Source: Bacteroidales bacterium (GTDB lineage Bacteria > Bacteroidota > Bacteroidia > Bacteroidales > UBA12077). From it: 64,000 bases of DNA. The DNA lies in assembly GCA_028282585.1 (NCBI GenBank), contig JANQHR010000049.1, positions 1 to 64,000 of the forward strand. The letters are read 5' to 3'. The notes below the pieces were generated by a model. That model was not told the DNA's origin. It saw only the letters and a list, made by a program, of their open reading frames with translations, and made no database searches. Positions 47,790-57,017 of this stretch are shown here, piece by piece (positions within the stretch are counted from its first letter, which is position 1; each line of letters opens with the position of its first letter). The position numbers and the translations under genes are program-made.

Positions 47790-49847
47790 TTATTTTTCAA
47801 TTCTAATTCTGGCATCAACTGCTACTACTTTATCTGATTTTCCTAGCAAAGGATTCAAATCCATTTCGGCAATTTCAGGTGCAACCTGAACCATTGCTCC
47901 AACACGAGTTACAATTTCTGCAAACATTTCCTCGTTCACACCCTCTTGCCCACGAGCTCCTTGAATAATTCCGTAACTTTTTAATCCTTTGATCATCTTT
48001 TCTGCTTCATCCTTGGCAATTGGGGCAAGACCTGCATTCACATCTTTTAGAACTTCTATAAAAATTCCACCTAATCCACAAAGAACCATATGCCCGAATT
48101 TAGGTTCTGCTTTAGCTCCAACAAATAACTCTGTTCCTGATAACATAGGTTGCAACAAAATTGCTGTAGTATCCTTGATTTGAATCATCCTGTCAAATTC
48201 GGTCGCAACAGCTTGTTCATCTTTCACATTTAATACAACTCCACCAACATCAGATTTATGAACTGGCCCAACTACTTTCATCACAACAGGCAAACCTAGT
48301 TCTTTAGCAGCTTTAATAGCATCTTCTCGAGTTGTAACCACTGCCTCTCCTGCCCTTGATATTCCCGCAGCATCTAGCAAAGCTTGCACTTTTTCCGGAG
48401 AGATATATCCATCTTCAGTATTATCCACTATTTTTCTAATTGCAGTGCGATCAATATCTGGTAATTCGATATTTTCAGGAGCAGGTTTTTCCGCATGGTA
48501 AACCTTTGCTAAAGCATTCCCAAAAACTACTTCATCAGGAAAGTTTATTCTTCCTTTAGCTATAAATGCGTCAATCTCATCTTTTACATTAATTATAGAT
48601 GGTAAAATTGGATAAATTGGCTTTTTACAGGTTTTCATTTTCTCATCCAGTAAATCGTATACATCATAAACCGGAAATAAGCCAGGGCTTCCAAAAATTA
48701 CAACCATTGCATCAATGTGATCAAAATCGTTTTCACATGCATCTATAATATAACCTAATTGTTCGGTAGTTCCTGTTGCCAGAAAGTCAATTGGATTTGC
48801 AATTGATGATCCGGCATATAGTTTCTCTAATAATAATTCGGCTTTAGGGCCTTCAATCGGAGGAATTTCTAACGCATTATTTGAAAGTGCATCGGTTAAC
48901 ATAACTGCTGGACCACCGGCGTGTGTAATAATTGCAATATTTTTTCCTTGTAACTCAGGATACATAAAAATAGATGCAATTGTTGACAGTTCTTCGCGAC
49001 TTGCACAACGAACAATACCTGCCTTTCTAAATAGTGCATCAACAGCTACATCCGAATTTGCTAAAGCTCCGGTGTGTGAAGAAGCAGCTCTGCTTCCAGC
49101 TTCTGAGCTACCTGATTTTATAGCTGCTATTTTACACCCTTTCCTTATTAAAGAAGAGGCATGCTTTAGTAATTTTTGAGGCTTGTCTATACTTTCTACA
49201 TAAAGTGATTTAACCCTGGAGCTCGATTCCGGATCAAAAGTTTCATCCAAATATTCCAGAACTTCTTCAACACCTATCTGTGCACTGTTACCAACAGAAA
49301 ATACACTTGAAAATTTTAACCCTTTTGGCACCGAACATTCCATAATGTATACTGCAGTTGCTCCTGAACCTGAAATAAAATCAACTCCCTGAGGATCTAA
49401 TTTAGGAATTGGGGTTGTAAACACTCCGCTGTAATTCTGATTTAAAACACCTACACAATTCGGACCAATTAAGGATGCATTATTTGCATTAACAATATCA
49501 ACTAATTCCTGTTCAAGTTTGGCACCTTCATCGTTTTCTTCACTAAATCCAGCTGATAAAATAATAAATGCCTTTGTATTTTTACGTTCAGCTAATACTC
49601 TTACGGTGTCCGGACAAAACTTAGCTGCAATAGCTAAAATAGCCATATCTACTTGTGGTAAATCATCCTGGTTTCTAAAACTTTTTATACCTTGTACTTT
49701 ATCCTCTTTAGGATTTGTAACATATAAATCACCCTTAAAGTTACCATCAATCAGGTTTTTTAATACCTTTCCTCCCGGCTTTTGAATATTGTCTGAACCG
49801 CCTATAACTACAATACTCTTGGGATCGAGAAGCTGTTTTGTTATCAT
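47790..49847 (-). CDS. ADP-forming acetate/acyl-CoA ligase (fused alpha-beta)
   Basis: IGPNCVG, ASSHTGA (phospho-His), NPIDF, VHKSDVGGV, DLNPL; -7 box TAAATTTG at 49883-49890. Confidence 0.92.
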   Translation of the reverse strand: MITKQLLDPKSIVVIGGSDNIQKPGGKVLKNLIDGNFKGDLYVTNPKEDKVQGIKSFRNQDDLPQVDMAILAIAAKFCPDTVRVLAERKNTKAFIILSAGFSEENDEGAKLEQELVDIVNANNASLIGPNCVGVLNQNYSGVFTTPIPKLDPQGVDFISGSGATAVYIMECSVPKGLKFSSVFSVGNSAQIGVEEVLEYLDETFDPESSSRVKSLYVESIDKPQKLLKHASSLIRKGCKIAAIKSGSSEAGSRAASSHTGALANSDVAVDALFRKAGIVRCASREELSTIASIFMYPELQGKNIAIITHAGGPAVMLTDALSNNALEIPPIEGPKAELLLEKLYAGSSIANPIDFLATGTTEQLGYIIDACENDFDHIDAMVVIFGSPGLFPVYDVYDLLDEKMKTCKKPIYPILPSIINVKDEIDAFIAKGRINFPDEVVFGNALAKVYHAEKPAPENIELPDIDRTAIRKIVDNTEDGYISPEKVQALLDAAGISRAGEAVVTTREDAIKAAKELGLPVVMKVVGPVHKSDVGGVVLNVKDEQAVATEFDRMIQIKDTTAILLQPMLSGTELFVGAKAEPKFGHMVLCGLGGIFIEVLKDVNAGLAPIAKDEAEKMIKGLKSYGIIQGARGQEGVNEEMFAEIVTRVGAMVQVAPEIAEMDLNPLLGKSDKVVAVDARIRIEK

Positions 49848-50100
49848 AATTACAATTTTTTACTATTTTTTTGAAAGTTGCACAAATTTAGTAAAAAAAT
49901 AGCTGTATTATGGTTTCAAATTGTAAGCATATTATTGGATTTTGTTTTAATTTGAAACTAAGGACTAAGATGTACAATAAATTGCAAAACTTACATTGTT
50001 TAACATATTTTACAACATATGAAGAATCAGTAAGATTATTGCTCGTTGATAAAGGTTATCAATTACTTAATTTTAATTCCTAAAATATGTAGAAGTGCAC

Positions 50101-50165
50101 AAGACAAAAAAGTCTTTTACAAAGTCATTATTTAATCTATATTACTCTGTTTGCTAACCAATTAA
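50101..50165 (+). repeat. Degenerate copy of the hydE promoter/operator region (copy 1)
   Basis: AAGACAAAAAAGTCTTTTA identical to 54061-54079; similarity continues to AACCAATTAA. Confidence 0.7.
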
Positions 50166-50227
50166 TACAAGAGAACAGGATTAGGTTTACAAAAAAAGAT
50201 TTTTATAACCGGAATTGCAATCTACAT

Positions 50228-50260
50228 AGGAGGGCTTATTTTAAGTCGCCCTCCTTTTTT
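50228..50260 (+). terminator. Intrinsic terminator with no plus-strand CDS upstream
   Basis: AGGAGGGC-12 nt-GCCCTCCT followed by a T run. Confidence 0.7.
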
Positions 50261-50459
50261 ATTTTAATTTAATTGTCACATAAACTAAAGAATAGTTTAA
50301 ATCGCTGAATTATGATTGTTAGCTATAAATAAAATAACATAAATTTAAACTCAAAATAACTATTAATTATTTAAAAATCTGACAGATATTTTTTTATGTA
50401 ATAAAATAACCATTCCGTGCTTATAATACTAAAAAATTTTTAACACTAATTTAATTTTA

Positions 50460-51659
50460 TTAATTACAGTTTTCAACTAAAACCTTTGGCACCTTCATAA
50501 TTATGGCAATATGATTTTCTCCTGCACCAGAAGAGGTAATTAGAATATTATCTCCTGCTTTAATTTTATTTTTTTCAATTGCATCCAGCAAATTTACCCC
50601 TGCGCTACAATTAGCTACATTACCATACGTTTGGAATGTTTCATGAAATTTTTCACTTGGAATTCCTATTGCTTCTCGCCAAGCATTGGCTGCCCATGAT
50701 ACAGGTTGATGCGTTACTAAAAAGTCTATATCTTCAACCGATTTAGACGCTTTTTCTAAAGCCTGATCCACCACATATTTCAAATCTTTTTGGGCATTCA
50801 TTGCTATAGTTTTTAAAGAATCGTAATTTAAAAAAGTCGTAAACTGCTGGCTATAAGATGGGCCTAATTCTAACTTCTTGAATAACAAAGGAGAACGATC
50901 TGTATAAACAACTCCATCATGCCTATCACCATGGCTATTAGAAAAAGAACTTATATAACCTTCTCCACTTTCAACGGAGCTTACTATTCCTGCCATAGCA
51001 GCATCACCTGTATCAACACTCCAATAGGTCGATTTATCGTTTACAATACTATCAATAAAGCTACTCACAATTAAAACATTTTTTTTAATTCCTGTTTTGA
51101 TCAAAGCTACTGCAAGCTCACACATGGTAACGAAGGTAGAACAACAAGTATCTATAGCGTAGGCTCCTGCATTTTTTAAGCCAAGCTTATGCTGAATAAG
51201 TGAAGCATTTGCCGGAAGAGGCCTATCAGGAACTTGTGCGTGAGATAAAACAAGGTCAACATCATCTGGGTTAAGCCCCGCATTTGTTATAGCTAAAGCA
51301 CCTGCAATAGTCTCTGCATCAGATGGTAACATTGGGTGAGGAATTATTGAATTTTTTAACGAAACAGGATCCGTTGGCACCCTTCTTCTTTCCTTTGTTC
51401 CCTGAAAAGGATTTGCTTGTTTTTTTTCTGGCATACTCTTGACCCACGCTTCGAACCATGGCTGGCTTTCCCATCCTTCATAATTAGTTTCAATGCTTCC
51501 AGGTAGTTTTCCCGTAGATTCAATGTCATCTATATATTCTCTGTTTAATTCCGTGTAATTTCGAAGATAATCTACTAATTTGTTTTTTTGTTTTTCAGAA
51601 AGTTTTTTAGCTGGTAAATATCCTCCCAAGCTAATTAATCCTACAGATGAATTTGTCAT
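50460..51659 (-). CDS. FabH/KAS III-family condensing enzyme with intact Cys-His-Asn triad
   Basis: Start moved to ATG 51659 (MTNSSV, 399 aa); IDTCCS, VTHQP, YGNVAN. Confidence 0.85.
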   Translation of the reverse strand: MTNSSVGLISLGGYLPAKKLSEKQKNKLVDYLRNYTELNREYIDDIESTGKLPGSIETNYEGWESQPWFEAWVKSMPEKKQANPFQGTKERRRVPTDPVSLKNSIIPHPMLPSDAETIAGALAITNAGLNPDDVDLVLSHAQVPDRPLPANASLIQHKLGLKNAGAYAIDTCCSTFVTMCELAVALIKTGIKKNVLIVSSFIDSIVNDKSTYWSVDTGDAAMAGIVSSVESGEGYISSFSNSHGDRHDGVVYTDRSPLLFKKLELGPSYSQQFTTFLNYDSLKTIAMNAQKDLKYVVDQALEKASKSVEDIDFLVTHQPVSWAANAWREAIGIPSEKFHETFQTYGNVANCSAGVNLLDAIEKNKIKAGDNILITSSGAGENHIAIIMKVPKVLVENCN

Positions 51660-52137
51660 TGTAATTGGTTTTAAGTTTGTGATTGAAATGTAAGTAATAG
51701 TTAAAATTTCGCTAATGTAAATTTGATTATACAAGAGATTTTAGATAAATTATTTAATCTATATTTTTGATTATTGAAAAAGTATTATTAGGCCTATAAA
51801 ACTTTTATTCTCTTGCGATTTTAAAGGTAAAATAATTTTCAAAATCAAACTATGTTGTAAAACTCATTAAGCTTACCTCTCGCCTTTTTTTTCTAACTTA
51901 ATTGATTTACAAGGGAAAAAAAATCAGTAACAAAACAATATACTTTTTATCGTAAACCTAAAAAAATACTGGTAAAATAAATTTTCAAAACATGACATTT
52001 AGCATTAAATAAAATAATATTTTTACTAAGGTCGTTTTTAGGGCTATTTAAAATCCTAAAAATACTTCAAATTATCTTTCCAATTTACCTGAGTAAATTT
52101 ACTCTGGGTATCAATTCTTGGCTAGTTGAAGAAATAT

Positions 52138-53187
52138 TTAATAGCACCATTTGAATAAAGCTGCTCCAGCATTCCATCTCGAACCTAAATCTGAAAACAT
52201 TACCAAGTCACCATAATTTATTTTACCTTTTTTAAGTGCATCATTAGTTATAATAGGAATACTGGAAGTTTCTATACATGCAGTATCTTCTAGCGTATCA
52301 TGAACAAGGTCGTAATTAATACCTACATTCTGAGCCCATTTTTCATTTAATCCTAAAAACTTCTGAGCAAAAATATACCTGTTAATTTCATCCGGTTTTA
52401 TTTTTAAATCTTGTAAGATTTTATGTATCGAAAAAGGAATTAGATTCTCTACATACGGTAAATCATTTTTAAAGCTATCAGGATGAATAGTAAAGTATGG
52501 CCTTATTGAATATAATTCCTCAGCCGGACTAGGAAATCCACCGGTGATTCTAACTTCCGCTGCCACTCCTTCTTTATTGTCAGACATCAGATGAAAACCC
52601 AAAAGCCCATATCCTGGTTCTGTTTCACTTAATATAAAAGCACCTGCTCCATCTCCAACTAACAAAGCTTTGCCTATTTCATTATGGGTACTTTCTAATA
52701 AAGTTTCGCCCGATACTACTAATACATTTTTATAAAACCCTGAACTAACAAACGAGGCTCCAGTCAATAAAGAATAAATCCATCCCGAAAAACCCGCATC
52801 AATATTTATTGATGTCGCATTTACTGCACCAATTTCTGTTTGGATTTCAATACAATTAGGAGGTGTAAATTTATTCATATCACGACTAACATGCGTAACA
52901 ACAACCATGTCGATATCAGTCGGTAAAAGATCTGAATTTTCAATTGCATTTAATGCAGCCTTTATTGCCATTTGTGTATAGGTTTGTCCATTCGCATAAT
53001 GCCTTTTTTTTATTCCCGTCACTTCATCAATAAATTTTTTCTCGGCATTTGTAAGATTTACTTTTTTAAATTCACTATTTTCCACAATCTTACCGGGCAA
53101 ATAACTTCCAACAGACTTTATACCAACGGGTTTTAAAGGCTTTACAACTTTTGTATTTGATAACTGATATTTTTTTTTGTTTATCAT
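52138..53187 (-). CDS. FabH/KAS III-like protein lacking the catalytic triad
   Basis: VGSYLP, TGIKKRH, GDGAGA, SSIP are retained, but IDAGFSG, IFAQK and TACIETS replace Cys/His/Asn. Confidence 0.8.
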   Translation of the reverse strand: MINKKKYQLSNTKVVKPLKPVGIKSVGSYLPGKIVENSEFKKVNLTNAEKKFIDEVTGIKKRHYANGQTYTQMAIKAALNAIENSDLLPTDIDMVVVTHVSRDMNKFTPPNCIEIQTEIGAVNATSINIDAGFSGWIYSLLTGASFVSSGFYKNVLVVSGETLLESTHNEIGKALLVGDGAGAFILSETEPGYGLLGFHLMSDNKEGVAAEVRITGGFPSPAEELYSIRPYFTIHPDSFKNDLPYVENLIPFSIHKILQDLKIKPDEINRYIFAQKFLGLNEKWAQNVGINYDLVHDTLEDTACIETSSIPIITNDALKKGKINYGDLVMFSDLGSRWNAGAALFKWCY

Positions 53188-53307
53188 CTTGTAAATTATT
53201 ATAAACGATTAGTATTTTTTATTACATTAGCGATTCATTTTAGTATAATTTCTTACTAAAACTTAACCATACAATTTTAACCATTTTAATTAAATTTTTA
53301 AAGAACT

Positions 53308-53709
53308 ATGAAAAATCAAATTGTATCAAATGAGTATTTTACTATTAATTATGACAGCGCTAAAAACCGTGTTTATGCAAGCTTTAATGGATTCTGGGGC
53401 ACAATGCAAATCATGGATGAGTATCGCTCTTATTTAACAAAAGTATGTAATATGGTAAAAAGCAATTTTACCATGGTAGCTGACCTTAGATCTTTTAAAA
53501 CGCTCCCTAATGATTTAGTTCCTAAACAGAAACAATCAATGGACGACCTCGCTAAGGCAGGAATGTCCAAAGTTGCTGTTATAGTTCCGGAAAGTGTAAT
53601 TTCCGAAGTGCAGTTAAAGTCCTCAATGAATGAAACTGCTATGCCTGAAAAACAATTCTCTACAGTGGAGGGTGGAGAAGAATGGCTTGATAGTGTAAGC
53701 GCTAATTAA
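53308..53709 (+). CDS. Small SpoIIAA/STAS-like protein
   Basis: 133 aa; KNRVY..GFW, MVADLRSFK, KVAVIVP, F..VEGGEEWL pattern. Confidence 0.65.
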   Translation: MKNQIVSNEYFTINYDSAKNRVYASFNGFWGTMQIMDEYRSYLTKVCNMVKSNFTMVADLRSFKTLPNDLVPKQKQSMDDLAKAGMSKVAVIVPESVISEVQLKSSMNETAMPEKQFSTVEGGEEWLDSVSAN

Positions 53710-53721
53710 TAAATGCAATTT

Positions 53722-53759
53722 AGGCTGTCTAAAGGTTAAGGGACAGCCTTTTTCTTTTT
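53722..53759 (+). terminator. Intrinsic terminator
   Basis: AGGCTGTC-12 nt-GACAGCCT plus TTTTCTTTTT. Confidence 0.8.
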
Positions 53760-54060
53760 GTAGCTAACCAAAAGGCTATTAAATTGCAGTTTACACAAAA
53801 TTTGATAGCCTTGGGAAATAAAATCAGGACAGCCATAGCAAACATTAGTTATCCCCAAAAAAGGTTTAGCACATTTCTCTTTAATACCTTCGGAATCTGG
53901 TAATAACCTAATACTACCAACAAATATAAACCGATTTAACATAGAGGAATAACAAAGGAAGTTTAAGTTCAAAAACTTAAGCTTTTTTGTTAACGATCAA
54001 GATTTAAAATATTTTTTGGTATAGACATTGCCAAACAAGATTTTATGTTTTATAAAATAA

Positions 54061-54128
54061 AAGACAAAAAAGTCTTTTATTAAACATTTATTATTCATTC
54101 TATGTTATTACATTTGTGAACCAATTAA
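54061..54128 (+). promoter_or_regulatory. hydE promoter with palindromic operator (copy 2)
   Basis: AAAGAC-AAAAAA-GTCTTT palindrome upstream of the TACATTTG -7 box (54109-54116). Confidence 0.65.
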
Positions 54129-54138
54129 CAATACTTTT

Positions 54139-55233
54139 ATGAGCAAAACCGTAGATGAAATCTTAAAACAACATGTGCTTTCAAAAGAGGATATAGTTAA
54201 GTTACTCCAAACTAACAAAGAAGAGCGCAATAAAATATTTACCCATGCTGCAAAAGTTAAAGCTGATTACGTTGGTAAAAAAGTATATTACCGTGGTTTG
54301 ATTGAAATGTCGAATATTTGTAGTAAAAATTGCTACTATTGTGGAATTCGGTTAGATAATAAAAGTGCTGGCAGGTATGATATTTCAGATGAAGAGATTC
54401 TAAATGCTGTAAAATTTGCTTATGAAAGTAACTATGGTTCAGTTGTACTGCAAGCAGGAGAAATCTCATCACCGAAATTCACAAAACGAATTTCGAACCT
54501 TTTAAAACAAATCAAAGAATTATCGAATAATGAGCTAGGCATTACTATTTCTCTGGGTGAACAGCCAGAAGAAGTGTATCAGGAATGGTTCGAAAGTGGT
54601 GCTCACAGGTATTTACTGCGCATCGAATCTTCAAATCCCGAACTGTATTATAAATTACACCCAAAAGATAAAAAACACGATTATGAAACCAGGTTAGATT
54701 GCCTTAGGTCGTTGCAAAAAGTTGGATACCAAACAGGAACAGGCGTGATGGTTGGTTTGCCTTTTCAAACTTATGAAGACTTAGCAAATGACCTATTTTT
54801 TATGCGTGATTTTGATATCGACATGTGCGGTATGGGGCCATACTTAGAACATAAGGATACTCCGCTTTATGAATATAAAGATTTATTAATGCCAATTGAA
54901 AGCCGTTTCACACTTACACTCAAAATGATTTCTCTTTTAAGAATTATCATGAAAGATATTAATATTGCAGCAGCTACTGCTTTGCAGGCAATAGACCCTA
55001 TCGGCCGGGAGAAAGCAATAAAAGTTGGTGCAAATATTATTATGCCCAACGTTACGCCTGGAATGTACCGCGACAACTACAAATTGTACGAAAATAAACC
55101 TTGTACAGATGAAGAAGCTGCAGATTGTACTAATTGTATGGAAATGAGGATTGGAATTACCGGAGATGATATAGGGTACGGAGAATGGGGCGATTCCAAA
55201 CATTATGCTAAACGAATACAGCAACAACCTTAA
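54139..55233 (+). CDS. hydE: [FeFe]-hydrogenase H-cluster radical SAM maturase HydE
   Basis: RGLIEMSNICSKNCYYCG, GAHRYLLRIE, AATAL, GANIIMPN, YKLYENKPC. Confidence 0.88.
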   Translation: MSKTVDEILKQHVLSKEDIVKLLQTNKEERNKIFTHAAKVKADYVGKKVYYRGLIEMSNICSKNCYYCGIRLDNKSAGRYDISDEEILNAVKFAYESNYGSVVLQAGEISSPKFTKRISNLLKQIKELSNNELGITISLGEQPEEVYQEWFESGAHRYLLRIESSNPELYYKLHPKDKKHDYETRLDCLRSLQKVGYQTGTGVMVGLPFQTYEDLANDLFFMRDFDIDMCGMGPYLEHKDTPLYEYKDLLMPIESRFTLTLKMISLLRIIMKDINIAAATALQAIDPIGREKAIKVGANIIMPNVTPGMYRDNYKLYENKPCTDEEAADCTNCMEMRIGITGDDIGYGEWGDSKHYAKRIQQQP

Positions 55234-55383
55234 CCATTAAATAGGCCATAAATACATTTTACAAAGTTATTCTTTAGCTTTTAAAGGCTTCATAAATAGT
55301 TGCCTGTTAAAAGTTAACAGTTGATTTTATGCAATTGAACTATATTACTTATTTAATTGTTAATTGCATAAACTACAATAATT

Positions 55384-56991
55384 TTGAAAAGAATAATATC
55401 TCAGGTAAAAGCTTCATCAACGGAATTCACTAAAAATAGAACAGCCTTTTACGAAGTGCTTTCCAACTACAGAGAGAACTTGCAAGGCGTGATTGATAAA
55501 AGGCCAGGGCCGTCTTTAAAAAAATACCTATCCAGAGGAAAACTTCTGGCACGGGAAAGAATTAACCTTCTTGTAGACCCTAATACTCCATTTTTAGAAT
55601 TATCTCCACTGGCTGCTTTTGATATGTATGGCGGCCAATTCCCTTCGGCAGGTATCATAACGGGGATAGGCGTAATTCATGGGAATGAAGTAGTAATTAT
55701 TGCTAATGATGCTACCGTAAAAGGTGGTACATACATTAAAGAATCGATAAAGAAACATATTAGGGCACAAGAGATTGCTTTGGAAAACCGGCTACCCTGT
55801 ATCTATTTGGTTGATTCGGGAGGAGTATTTTTACCGGAGCAAGCAAACGTTTTTCCGGATAAGCTCGGCTATGGGCGTTTTTTTTATAATCAGGCCAGGC
55901 TGTCAGCTTTAAAAATACCACAAATTGCTATGGTAATGGGTTCATGCACAGCGGGTGGCGCATATGTCCCGGCTATGTGCGACGAAACCATTATTGTCCG
56001 GGGACAAGGAACAATCTTTATCGGAGGCCCACCTTTGGTAAAAGCAGCCACAGGAGAAGAAGTAACATCGGAAGAGTTAGGCGGGGCATATGTACATACA
56101 CATAAATCAGGGGTAGCAGACCATCTGGCTGAAAATGGGCAACATGCTATTCAAATATGCCGAAGTATTTTCGAAAGCTATAACCCGGAGGAAAAGCAAA
56201 AATTAAAAATACACCCGATAGAAGAGCCATATTACAGCCCTGAAGAATTGTATGGCCTTGCCCCTGTTGATTTCAGAAAAGCGGTTGACTCTAAAGAAAT
56301 TATTGCCCGCATTGTTGACGGAAGCTTATTTCACGAGTTTAAAGAAAACTATGCTCCAACCCTTGTGACAGGTTTCGCCAGAATCATGGGATACCCGGTA
56401 GGAATCATAGCAAACAACGGAGTTATTTACTCCGAAACTTCGCTTAAAGGAGCTCATTTTATCGAACTCTGCGGGCAACGTAAAATACCAATTCTATTTC
56501 TTCAAAATATTACAGGCTTTATTGTGGGCAAGCAATACGAGCATAATGGAATTGCCAGGGATGGTGCTAAATTCGTTCATGCCGTAGCAAATACAAGGGT
56601 ACCTAAATTCACTGTAATTTTTGGAGGCTCTTTCGGAGCGGGAAACTATGCAATGGCGGGCAGGGCTTACGACCCAAGGTTACTATTTATGTGGCCTAAT
56701 GCCAAAATTTCTGTTATGGGCGGAGAACAGGCTGCAAATGTCCTGATTACTGTTAAAAAGTCGCAATACAAAGTAAAAGGTAAAGAATTATCAGAAAAGG
56801 AAGAAGAAAAAATAAAGGCAGAAATTTTAGAAAAATACAACAAAGAAGGTTCTGCATATTACAGTACTGCCCGGTTATGGGATGATGGAATTATTGATCC
56901 GGTGGATACAAGGAAAATAATCGGATTGGGGATTTCAGCTTCCCTTAATTCTCATTATAAAGATACAAACTATGGAGTTTTCAGGATGTAA
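55384..56991 (+). CDS. Acyl-CoA carboxylase carboxyltransferase subunit (3-methylcrotonyl-CoA carboxylase beta-like)
   Basis: TTG start; [40 protein letters not shown]. Confidence 0.92.
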   Translation: MKRIISQVKASSTEFTKNRTAFYEVLSNYRENLQGVIDKRPGPSLKKYLSRGKLLARERINLLVDPNTPFLELSPLAAFDMYGGQFPSAGIITGIGVIHGNEVVIIANDATVKGGTYIKESIKKHIRAQEIALENRLPCIYLVDSGGVFLPEQANVFPDKLGYGRFFYNQARLSALKIPQIAMVMGSCTAGGAYVPAMCDETIIVRGQGTIFIGGPPLVKAATGEEVTSEELGGAYVHTHKSGVADHLAENGQHAIQICRSIFESYNPEEKQKLKIHPIEEPYYSPEELYGLAPVDFRKAVDSKEIIARIVDGSLFHEFKENYAPTLVTGFARIMGYPVGIIANNGVIYSETSLKGAHFIELCGQRKIPILFLQNITGFIVGKQYEHNGIARDGAKFVHAVANTRVPKFTVIFGGSFGAGNYAMAGRAYDPRLLFMWPNAKISVMGGEQAANVLITVKKSQYKVKGKELSEKEEEKIKAEILEKYNKEGSAYYSTARLWDDGIIDPVDTRKIIGLGISASLNSHYKDTNYGVFRM

Positions 56992-57017
56992 TCCTGAATG
57001 GCATTAATTTTTACAAT

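Noticed and set aside
53736-53972. 78-aa minus-strand ORF
   Set aside because: TTG start upstream of the promoter box, runs through hairpins and a terminator, no protein-like pattern
54139-55233. Biotin synthase BioB
   Set aside because: YLLRIE, GANIIMPN and YxLYENK motifs fit HydE, and there is no bio gene context
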